Below are positions 49,376 through 60,000 of a stretch of 60,000 nt of DNA, piece after piece. The notes below the pieces were generated by a model. It did no database searches, was not told the origin of the DNA, and worked only from the letters and a program-made list of their open reading frames with translations. Made by a program: the position numbers and the translations under genes. Source of the stretch: Lama guanicoe (lineage: Eukaryota); contig MU054187.1 in NCBI GenBank assembly GCA_013239625.1, forward strand, positions 14,294,974 through 14,354,973, written 5' to 3'. Numbering within the stretch: position 1 is the stretch's first letter; each line of letters begins with the position of its first letter.

Positions 49376-49782
49376 ATTTGTAATGTTTTTCCCCCTTCTC
49401 TCTTGATCTTTCTATTTTTAAAATTTCAACCCCTATATTCAACCAAAAGGAACAATATCTTCTTTACTTATTCTTTAGGCTACTCCTTTCCTTTATGACT
49501 TCTAAGCTGGTCTCCCCGGTTCAGACGCGCTAAACTGAATGTTCTCTCATGCCTGAAGCCCCAGACTGCGTGGACTGGGGCAGGCAGGGGCCACACTCAA
49601 GCTCTCTGTTTCACCATTCTCTCTTGAACCTGGAGTCCTGCAGGGATGTCAGTGCTCCACCCCACTATCCCTGACCTTGGCCCAGGCTCCTACCATACAG
49701 CAGCTGGTGTAGGTAGATCGTGGTGGCAGGTGAGCACCAACTCCAGCTGAGTAGGAGCAGTGTGGCCATCTCATTGGGGAAC

Positions 49783-50239
49783 TGTTATTGGTTGAACTGT
49801 GTTATCTCCTTCAAATTCATTTGTTGAAGTCCTCACCGCTAGTACTCAGAATGTGGCCTTATTTGGACATAGAGTCATTGCAGATATAATGAATTAAGAT
49901 GAAGTCATACCAGGGTAGGGTGGGCCCAGACCCAATACAACCAACGTCCTTATAAAAAAGAGGAATTTGAAAACAGAAACACATGCAGAGAGAACACCAC
50001 GTGTGGAAGAAGACAAGACTGGAGTGATGCAGCAGAAGCAAGGGACACCAAAGACGGACAGCAAACCCCAGAAACGAGGAGTGAGGGGAACAGATTTCTC
50101 CCGCAGGGCCCTCAGAAAGAACTGACCCTGCCAACACCTTGACCGTGGACTTCTAGCCTCCAGAACTGAGAGACAATAAATTCCTGGTGGATTTATCATT
50201 GGTGGTCCTTTGTTTTGGCAGCCCTAACAAATGAATACA
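49783..50239 (+). mobile_element. MaLR solo LTR (MLT1B/C-like)
   Basis: tgttattggttgaactgtgt...gaatgtggccttatttgga...ggacttctagcctccagaactgagagacaataaattcctg...gcagccctaacaaatgaataca. Confidence 0.9.
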
Positions 50240-50299
50240 GGTGTATCATCTTCCCTCTTTAGGGCTTGTGGAACCTCTTTTTCCTCTCTCTGATGTTTC

Positions 50300-50830
50300 C
50301 TTGTAGTATATTTTTATTATAAAAATAGTTTTTCATTAAAGAAAAATCATAACATGTAGACAAAGAAAAAGAATGTGAAAATATTCACAATCTTACCCGC
50401 CACTCACAACTTGGTCTACGTCTTTCCGTATTCTTTTCTAGCCACCCCCGCAAATGTACATGCTTTAACCTGGATCGTATCCCAGCACTGTTTTAGGATC
50501 TCCTCTTTTCAATGAACATGAGCCATTTTCCATACCAACAGAAACAGTTCAGTAGCATTGTTTTGCAGGACGGACAGCAGCTTGCTGATTTTACATGCCT
50601 TTCCGTATTGAGCCAATCCCAATGGCTGGACATTGAGGCCACACCCAAATTTTAAGCTGTTGTTTACTCTGCATCAACCTTCCTAGCAGTTAAGTCTCTG
50701 CCAGCCATCTCAATAATTTCCTTGTGATAAATTCCTAGAAATTGAATTTCTGGGCCAAAGGGCATGCACATTTGTAAAAACCTGATATGAACTTCCTTCT
50801 GCCTCAGAGAGGTTGTGCCCCACCAGTTCT
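50300..50830 (-). mobile_element. Ancient L1ME-like fragment
   Basis: aataatttccttgtgataaattcctagaaattgaatttctgggccaaagggcatgcacatttgtaa. Confidence 0.55.
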
Positions 50831-51099
50831 CTGATGAGCAGCATCTGTTTCTCTAGGTGCTTTACGATCACCTCTCAGAACCTTTCTGGTGAGGGGCGTG
50901 GTCATTCAAGCAAACCAGTTTTGCCATTTTACGGCCCCACTTAACTTTTTATTTGTTTACCCTGATCATTTACCTTATTCACTAGACTTGGCTTTGAGTG
51001 AAGACTGGTTGCTTTCATAAGTTAAATTCACCCTCAAAAGACTCAGGTTTGGACAATCCTCTTCCTCAAAAAAGTAATCCTCAGAGAGGTTTGACTTTT

Positions 51100-51951
51100 T
51101 GAAAAAAATTTTTATTGAAGTGTAGTTGATTTACAATGTTAGTTTCAGGTGTACAGCAAAGTGATTCAGTTATACATATATATACTTATATTTTTTTTTC
51201 TTTTCAGAATCCTTTCCATTACATGTTATTACAAGAAAGTGAATATAGTCCCCTGTGCTATACAGTAGGTCCTTGTAGTTTTTCTATTTTATATAAAGTA
51301 ATGAAAGTCTATTAATCCCCAACCCCTAATTTATCCCTCCCTACCCTTCCCTCTTTGGTAACCATAGTCTGTTTTCTATGTCCTTGAGTCTGTTTTTGGT
51401 TTGTATACAGAATTTCTATCATTTTTTTTAAGATTCTACATATGAGTGATATCATATGGTATTTGTCTTTTTCTGTCTGACTTACTTCACTCAATAGGAT
51501 AATCTTTAGGTCCATCCATGTTGTTGCAAATGGCATTATTTCATTCTTTTTTATGGCTGAGTAGTATTCCTATATATACATATACATATACCACATCTTC
51601 TTTATCCAGTCATCTGTTGATGGACATTTAGGTTGTTTCCATGTCTTGGCTGTTGTAAATAGTGCTCCTATGAACATTGGGGTGCATGCGTCTTTTTGAA
51701 TTATAGTTTTCTCTGAATGTATATCCAGGAGTGGGATTGCTGGATCATATGGTAAGTCTATTTTTAGTTATTTAAGGACCCTCCATACTGTCCTTCATAG
51801 TGGCTGCACCAATTTACATTCCCACCAACAGTGTAGGAGGGTTCCTTTTTCTCCACACCTTCTCCAGCATTTATTATTTGTTAACTTTTTAATGATGGCC
51901 ATTCTGACTGGTATGAGGTGATACTTCACTGTAGTTTTGATTTGCATTTCT
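51100..51951 (-). mobile_element. 5'-truncated artiodactyl-type L1 (ORF2 end plus 3'UTR)
   Basis: Minus ORF 51312-51536 MPFATTWMDLKIILLSEVSQTEKDKYHMISLIC; TSD aggtttgactttt (51087-51099) / agatttgactttt (51952-51964). Confidence 0.92.
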
Positions 51952-54900
51952 AGATTTGACTTTTATTAAATTCAATTAGGTGACCTCTGAGGTCCTTGCA
52001 AGTCCCAGGTGACTATGCCAAAAATGGTCCTGTGGGTGTGCACATCTTTGTGGGCTGGTTGAATGAACCTGAGCTCTGAAGTCCCTCCTCACATGAGTGT
52101 GTGCAGAGCTAGGAGACAGGCCCCCTTGCTGCTAAGCTCTAAGGACCAGTCCATGCCCGACCTCCCCAGACAGCCCAACTTCATGGGGTTCTCAGAGTTC
52201 AGAGTTCTTTGTATACTGAAGAATTTTGAACAGATGAACAACTATTTTGTTCTGATCTGGTAATATGTGAATTACTGGCAGGAATGCTGGTTTTTATCAA
52301 TTTCTCTCCAAACGGACTATTGCAGAAGGCTATTCAGTGCCGGAAGATTTAAATCTGCAACATGGTTGGTATTGCTGAATGAGACCCCTGAGTGCTCCAG
52401 GGCTTCTTGGTCCTGTTTTATTCCCAATAAGGCCAAAAGACAACCAAAACCAAATCTTAAAAAGAAAAAGAAAATCACTTATAGGCTCATGGTAGCCCAT
52501 GCTCTCTAGTTGCTTTGGGAATACTTGAAGCCTGAACACCAGCAACCACACGTCCTGCTTCGCGGAGTCCAGGAGCCAGTGACACCTGGTCTCTTCCATC
52601 CAACAAGAGATGCGCATGTGAGATGAAGGCCAGGTCTCAGGGAGCAGGCTGGGTGTTTTAGCTCTTGCAAAACCGCCTGGATGATTTTATTGTGTCAGGC
52701 AGGTCCTCAAGCACTGTGAAGAAGACCGACATCACTCCAAGAATGTCCTACACGCTGGCATGGTGGCTCACTCTTTCACTCGATGCCATGAACAGATTTT
52801 CAGAATTCTTATGTGGCTGCTTCCCTCCCAAGGTATGTTTAAAGGCTTCCAAATAATATTCCCTTATCTGTCCGATGAGATAATTCAACCCACATCTTAC
52901 TGATAACCCTGAATACAATTGTTTATAAATATGACAGGACTTCTTTCTAAAAGGCAATGAAGACGATTTATCTTCTCTGTAAACAGCAATCACGACCATT
53001 TGCTGAGTCTCCCTCAGCCACAGTCACGACATCCAGCCCTTTGCCTGCGTGACCTTAGGTGTTAGCACAGCCCTGCAAGGTAGGTCCTCCCCGTGAGAAA
53101 TTCAGCAACCTACCCGAGCTAGCAAGTGGCAGAGCAGAGCACTGAGCCCAGCCCACATCCTCAATCACATCACTTTACTTCCTTCAAACATAAAAACTGT
53201 TCACATTTAGCCTAGCCAATTTCAGCATAACTCTTTTCAATCTCATTATTCCAAAATCACTCTTATTACCTCTTCCATACTCACTCTATTAATTGTTTCC
53301 CACAATAATTAATTGAGACTGGATCATAAAACTATCTCCATTTTCTAGAGGAGGGCTTTATTATCTTTCCAGGACGACACAGTCACATTCCACCTCCAGC
53401 CTTTCGGGGGATGTCTGAGGCTCTGTTCAGTGCTTTTAGAATACTTGCAGTTTTGGCTAAAACTAAATTGCTGTAGTAATTATTTTGTCACTTGGAGTGA
53501 CCCAATGGCCACAAGCGTAGTGACTTGAGTCTACATTTCTGAACATTCTGAAGGTGCCAAGTCTTGCTCTTTCCTCATCTCTCCTCCCTGTTGTTTTCAG
53601 GAGAGTTCATGTCTCACCTTCCTGCGGTTGTTGGAAGGAGGGAGAACTGAGGTGCAGGGTTTGCCTGGGATTGTGGGATGGAGGATACCCAGTAAGAGGC
53701 AGTGCCGGGACTGCACAGGTGAAAATGGACAGAGAAAGAGAGTGGAGGGCTTGGCTGTGATTTACAGGGAGAGATAAGTCAAATGTGTTCAGGAAAGTCA
53801 AGATGGGCACGAGCTGAGGACCAAGTGCCTCCTCTCACAGGTACTAACAGAGCACTCACCCAGCCACTTCCTTCCTTGCTTGTGTGTCATGAGCTCAGCC
53901 GAGGAATCAGGGTGCTCCACCCACCCCACCCCCAACTCATCACCCACCTCTTTCCCAGAAATGACACTTTACAGAGTAAAAAAGAGCATGGGATGAGATG
54001 GGTTTGCTTTGCCTTCGACAGCAAAATGCCCGCAAGAATAGGATCATGCAGCAACCCTCAAAATAACCACATGACATTTAGCAAGACCCAAGTAACAGTC
54101 ATTTCATAGAACAATGTGCAACAGAGTAGCTTCGCAAGCAAAAACTAAAATTTGACAGTCCACGACAATGTTTTACTATGCACCTCCAAATCTGTCCAGA
54201 AGCTGGTAAAATCAACAAAATCCTTCTGTTTAAACTACTCGAGCTGAATAAATTGTTACTTGCCAGAGGTCAGTTGCTTTAAAAGAAAGTAAGAATCCAT
54301 TGTAAATATGCTACATAATATTTAAGGGTATTTTGTTTGGAATGAGGGAAAAATCACTTCATTTGGGGAGACATAGTCGAAGTCAGATTAGAAGCAAGTT
54401 CGACGTTGTCTGTTAACTGAAAGGGTAAAGAGACAAGACGTTCCGTCCCTATCGTCTGCAGTTCACCCTCTGAGCACGGATAATCAGCAGTGTGATAAAT
54501 GTAAAATAATACTGGGGAGTCGTGGGAAGGAGGTAAATCTGAGTTCCTTAATGAAAAACATCCTGAATGCTGCTTAAATCTAAGCTGTGGATTCGTGAAT
54601 TCAAAAACACACTAACTTAAGTACCCAGATCCCTCCATACAGCTTTGGCCATAAACAGACAACTAAATGATTTCATTTCCAAGATCAGAAAATCTTTTCC
54701 TACCAAATCAAAACAAACTTACTCAGCATCCATTTGTATGTTATCAAAGCTTACCAGCTGGAATCTTAAATGCTAGCTTTATGATAATTTATATGCTCTG
54801 GGATTTTTTTTTAAAGGTATATATCCAAGACAATAGACGTAGCTTAGTTTGAAAGGAAAAAAAATTTTTAAGTGTTTGAAAGAAGTGGATGATGTTTCCT

Positions 54901-55752
54901 TTTCTTACTTCTGTCTTTTCAGCTCAACACTTGTATCCACTTACGTGTGTATGTGTGTGTGTGCACGTGCATTCCTTGAGGAGAGAGTATCTGCATAGAC
55001 ACATAGAAATATTTTTGTCCCCGAAAGATTTTACAACTGTTTTAGGAATAAAGCCCCACAGGTTCGAGAACAGATGTCACCACCATTTCATGTATCGCTT
55101 GTTTTGGGCGTAGTTATAGCAATGCCAGAAACATGATGCCAATAAGATACTTTCCATGCCTCTTTGTGGTCTTGGTTTGCACGTGCATGTGTGTTTGTGT
55201 CCACAGGATGGAGGTGAGCCTTTCCAGCCATTTCTGTAATTTCTAACTTTCCTCTTGTGGATTAGCAATTCAGAAAACTGTGTTGAAACCTGTGCCTACT
55301 CTCCCCGCTTCGTTCTGCAGGTAATAAGAGTTTGAAATGCCAACGTAGCAGCATTAAATCATTCTTTGAGAGACAACAATGGTCTTCATTAGCAAAATGT
55401 GAATTTTATCTCATCCCCTTATGACACGCAGTCCTTTTTGGAGTCTTTGAACACGCTGCCTAGTGGATCCTTTCATTTCCTACCCCCCCAACCCATTTCA
55501 CACTGTCCCCACCAATTTAATATCCTGAATCCCAGAAACAGACACATTGTTCCCATTAAAGTCAATGGTAACCATACATGTCCAAATGTGGCCTTCATTT
55601 TGAAGTAAGCGTCCAGGGTTTGTTTTGTTTTGCTTTTTCGCCCTACAGTGCTTGCTCATGAGCAACTCTTCCTGGGAGCAGATCTAACTGCTGGCTTCAT
55701 TTCAGAATGCACACAGTGCTCCTATATGCAGCTCATTAACTCAGTCTCCTGT

Positions 55753-56489
55753 TGAGGCGGAAAGCCCCATAAAAAGACAGGCAGGACCCCAAAGCAGGGC
55801 AACTACCCTCCTGCCAGCACCATCCAGTTCCCTGGCCCAGAGGCTCTATCTCACTTTTTGCCTCTGAAACGGCTTACTTACCGCTAAAATTCTATTGGTT
55901 CCCTGAGCTCACTTCTGATTAGTTATTTATCTCACTCCTGATTGGTTACTACTCTCATTTCTGACTGGTCCACTTCCTTAACTTATGATTGGTCCATTTG
56001 TAGTACTTCATTTGCATGCAGCTCATTCCTGATTGGTTATTTCTCTCACTCCTGATTGGCCCATTCCCCTCACTCCTGATTGGTTATTTCTCTCACTCCT
56101 GATTGGTTACTACTCTCATTTCTGACTGGTCCACTTCCCTAACTTATGATTGGTCCATTTGTAGTACTTCATTTGCATGGAGCTCATTCCTGATTGGTTA
56201 TTTCTCTCACTCCTGATTGGCCTATTTCTACAAAGTTTGTTCCTAGTTGGTCAATTTTTGTTATACTTTATTTGCATATGATGTTGCAAAGTGTAAACTG
56301 GCAACCTATAAAGGCCTGTGTAAACGTACAGATGGGGTCCAGAGCTTTGAGTGTTAATTCCTGTGGATTAGGTGGCGTAATAAACCTGAGTTCCCCAACT
56401 CTCTGAGTGCTGCTTGGGCTCTCCACTGGATCCAGGTTGCTTTCACTACTGAGCTGTAACACCGAGCTATAACACGTTTTTCTGCAACA
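55753..56489 (+). mobile_element. Class I ERV solo LTR with tandem CCAAT/octamer U3 array
   Basis: TGAGGCGG...GCAACA termini, exact 4-bp TSD ctgt; TATA-like ctataaa (~56306), AATAAA (~56379), internal 23-24-bp repeats and 161-bp duplication. Confidence 0.88.
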
Positions 56490-57534
56490 CTGTAATAAGA
56501 AAATGATAGGCTTCAAATTACAAAAGTCTTCCTTTGCAGTTAAGGACTGCCCTAACTTCTGGTCCCAATGCTCTTTGAGACTGACTCTATATGTATCATT
56601 TAAATGACTGAAAAGCCAGAAAGTCTTTTCTTCAGTAGACTTGAAGGTTTATTGCCCAGAGAATGTGAATTGTGTTTCTAAGGTATCATTTTCTTGTTTA
56701 AGGTCTGTAACAAAATGCCAAGTCTCTCTTTGTATAAAATAAGAAAAATTGTTTTAAAAATTGTATTTGTAAATTTGATTACATTCTGATAGGAGCCTCA
56801 GACTATTCATTTCAGATGAACCAATGATAGGGCTTTGAAAATAATAAAATAAAAAGAGAATTATATAGCATTTTGATTAAGCCATTTGCCCTGCTTTCTA
56901 ACAATTTCATGTTAGCCTGCAGTTTCATGTCTGCATACACAATCCAATAGGTTCAGGCAATTTCCATAAAATTGGTAGTTTATTAAATAGCTCTTATGTT
57001 GGAACAAAGGGATGTCAGCTAAGGTGATGGCTACTCATTGTGGGAAAAAAAAAAAAAGAAGGATGGGTGATGGGAAGACATGTAGGTTTTAGAGTCTTTC
57101 TCCTAAGGCAAAGAACAGGAATTTTGGCTCTAGAATTTGGGGAATTAGTAGAAAATTGGGCACTTTGACTATAGACTTAGCCATCACCTTTATTTCAGCA
57201 GTCAGGCTCTTACTATTGGGTAATCCATGTAGCTGTCAGCCTTGACAACAATATGGAGTCGAATTTAAAGCAGGATTAACTGTGCTAAGGGATGGTTTCA
57301 GTGTGTTTAGAACAAACTTGAGCAGAGATATTCACGCTGCCCTGTCTTCCTCTAAGAAGAGGCAGAAGAGATACCTGTTTTACCAATATCATTCCTTTGA
57401 AAATTCTTGCATTGTCCTTTATTTAATAATTTTTGCTTCAACAAAAATCCCCCTTTTAATGGTGTTTACAGAAACGCAGTGTCGGGCACAGAGGCAAAGG
57501 GTCCATGGACCATGACAGCAGCATCACTCTCTGA

Positions 57535-58027
57535 GCTTGGCGGGATAATGCCCCCAAAGGTGTCCATGTCCTACCCCCAGAATCTGAATGTGTTACCTTA
57601 CTTGGCAGAATTGATTTTGCAGATGGAACTGAAGTCTGAACATTAAGAGCAAAAGATTATCCTGGATTATCCAAGTGGGTCCAATCTAACCACATGAGTC
57701 CTTAAAATCCTAAAATCCTTTCCTAGCTTTGGTCAGAGAGAAAGATGTGGCCAGGAAAACCTACTCGACAAAATGTAACATAGTTAGTTTTGAAGATGGA
57801 GGAAGGGGGACCCAAGCCAAGGACTGTGGGTGGCCTCTAGAAGCTGAAAAAGGTGAGGGAACAGTTTGCCCCAAAAGCCCCCCAAAGGAACTGCCTACAC
57901 CTTGCTTTTAGCTCAGTAAGACTCCTGTCTAACTTCTGACCCACAGAACTCTAAGGTAATACACTTGTGTTACAGTTAAGTCCCTACGTCTGTTCATTTG
58001 TTACAGCAGCAAGAGAAAACGAATCCA
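57535..58027 (+). mobile_element. MaLR solo LTR (MLT1D-like)
   Basis: ataatgcccccaaaggtgtccatgtccta...gattatcctggattatccaagtgggtccaat...tggcctctagaagctgaaaaagg...tttgttacagcagcaagagaaaac. Confidence 0.88.
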
Positions 58028-58064
58028 CTCTTACTGTCATCTGGACAAGGAAGTGAAGGGGCGC

Positions 58065-58225
58065 AGCATCTGGAGTCTGTCAGGCCTAGATTAAAATGCC
58101 AGTTCCACTGCAGACCAGCTGTGTGTCTTTATGCAAGTGACTTGATCTCTCTGAGCCTCGTTTTCATAATCTGTAAACTAAAGACTGCAACACCTACCAC
58201 ACCAGATTGTTTGAGGGGTTAACAC
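58065..58225 (+). mobile_element. MIR SINE
   Basis: tggagtctgtcaggcctag...cagctgtgtgtctttatgcaagtgacttgatctctctgagcctcgttttcataatctgtaaa. Confidence 0.75.
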
Positions 58226-58399
58226 CTGGACCGTAGTGGTATTTCATAAATGAGGGCTTTTATTACACATCTTTCTCTGTTGAGCCCAACATGCAGTCAT
58301 AAAATTCTTTATACTCTCCAGCTCCATGTTAATTTATGTCCAGTTTCCTGTATATTTCTATTAATTTTTTCCAGCACATAGCTCATCTCTCTTCTCAAG

Positions 58400-58800
58400 A
58401 AAACTCCAGCACTATGCCTCCTCCTGAATCAACAGCCATTAATAACTCCTAGCTCTGGAATAACAGCCTGTATTCTTGGCCTGGCATTCAAGGCCCTCCA
58501 TCAGCTGGCCCTATTCTATCTCACCACCTCACTTATGGTGGTTTCATTACAGCATGTTTCCCTGAGTGTGATCCCCTGACAGCAGACCAGTCACCAGTTT
58601 CAGGAACACTGTGTAGGTGTCAGTGTTGTCAACCAGCTCCCTGGCCAGCTGGCCTCAAGACATGCCAACATTTCAGAAGCCCTGCCTGCGTGGACCTTCT
58701 GCCGTGGTCAGATTGATCTACCTCCTGCCCCGGGAGACATCCAGGTCTTCCACCCTCCACACCTTTGCTTCTGCAGGCTTTTCAATTTCTCGGGTGGTCT
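58400..58800 (-). mobile_element. L2 LINE fragments
   Basis: ttcttggcctggcattcaaggccctccatcagctggccctattctatctc. Confidence 0.55.
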
Positions 58801-59834
58801 TCCTCAGTTCTCAGCCTATGTCCCATCTATGAATTTTGGACAGCCCCGGCCATTGGCCTCCCTGAACTGTGAGTCGACTTCAAGGTGTTGACATCCTATC
58901 TCCCACCTATTTGGTCTAATGGGACCATTTTTCTGTTTGAAATCACCACACTGTGTTTACAGAATGTCTTCAAGGAATATTCTTCAATAGCCTCCATCCG
59001 AAGTTCCTCCACACAAGCCAGTGCTCACACACACATTTATGTTTCCTGTTTTCTCTCTTTTCTCCGAGTCGGCATCTTGCCCTCGTTGCTTCCCTCCCCC
59101 TGCAGGGCGTCCTCCAAAGCTTCTCTCCATGGAGACTCTCTCCCTCACCTTACGCACCTGTGGCCAGTGTGCCGTGGGATAGAACATCCCGGGAGAGCAG
59201 GGCTGGGCTGTGGTTCTCCGAGTGAGAGAAGGTTCTCCTGCCCCAATTACATCCAAGGAATACAGAGGAGAGTTACTGTCTTTTCCAAACATCGACCATG
59301 GGCTGCAGCCAGTGCTCATGGCTCAGCTCCCCCAGCCCATGGGAGGTCTACAGAGGACGTGCCTGGGAAGCCCTACCTGGGAGGGCCCCACAACAGGGGC
59401 CTTGCCTAAGACCTTCAAGGTGGCTCACCCTGAAACAGAGGACCAGATCCTGCTGCGTGCTCTGTTTATTCAGGGATTCCTCTTGGGTTTGAGTTTGTGA
59501 TTGATAGATCCTCACATTATAGTTATTTGTTAATTTTTACTTCACTTAATGTCTTCTTGGACTGCACAGTGGGAATAGGGAGTGATGGTCAAACAATAGA
59601 GCCTGTAAAGTTCTGTTTAATTCTGAAGCTTTGGTTGTATTGAAATAGAGTCCGAGGTGGTAAAGGCAGATGGCCTGCAGGCCTCGCGGATTCCCTCAGT
59701 GGCTGAGGCAGGCCGCAGGCTGACTTTCTCTTGGGGCATTTGGTGGCCATCCTCATGGTCAGACTGCAGGAGGGAGGGGCTCGAACCTTCACCTTCATCC
59801 CAAATGTCTCCTTAGCTTCCTACTGACACCTGAG

Positions 59835-60000
59835 TAAGCTTCAAACATGCACAAAACTACAAAGAATGGTACCCTGAACCTCACACTCTTACCAACCCTC
59901 ATATGCTTGGTCATCAGATCAAGAATTATCAATATTTTGCCAGTCTTGTTTCATGCACCTTCATGTTTTTCCTGTAGGATTCCAAATCAAATATCAGGTA
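59835..60000 (-). mobile_element. L1MC/L1ME-like 3' end (runs off window)
   Basis: ttcaaacatgcacaaaactacaaagaatggta...aattatcaatattttgccagtcttgtttcat. Confidence 0.55.

Noticed and set aside
54962..55187. Two TGCACGTGCA palindromes 216 bp apart
   Set aside because: Both adjoin (TG)n-like tracts, where such motifs arise readily; no other support.
55890..56225. Regularly spaced ~23-bp repeats resembling a CRISPR array
   Set aside because: The units are tandem with no unique spacers, lie inside an LTR with TSD in mammalian DNA, and no cas genes are present.
58885..59500. Overlapping 174-aa and 96-aa ORFs
   Set aside because: No domain similarity or convincing splice structure; consistent with chance ORFs in GC-richer DNA.

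Overview
Eukaryotic (mammalian) non-coding DNA, intergenic or deep intronic, with no supportable protein-coding gene, rRNA, true tRNA or CRISPR array. Five copies of a tRNA-Ala-derived SINE (GGGGAGGGTATAGCTCAGTGGTAGAG... head, TAAA tail), plus a young lineage-type L1 3' end, point to a camelid genome (recognised from memory, not searched). About half the window is interspersed repeats: L1, L2, MIR, MaLR/ERVL LTRs, hAT/Tigger MITEs and three class I ERV-derived elements. The ORF-track proteins are chance ORFs or decayed L1/ERV fragments. Highlights: (1) a solo LTR at 55753-56489 whose U3 is an array of 10 CCAAT boxes and 3 octamer motifs; (2) a truncated minus-strand ERV at 17516-~21300 with readable gag/protease relics and nested insertions; (3) an exact 30-bp copy of an ancient MLT1 segment 1,037 bp upstream of its source; (4) a ~5-kb apparently transposon-free, motif-rich candidate enhancer block at ~43700-48650; (5) weak splice-site and promoter signals that might mark a lncRNA. 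I found no new multi-gene system. Repeat subfamily names are recalled, approximate assignments that need RepeatMasker/Dfam confirmation.
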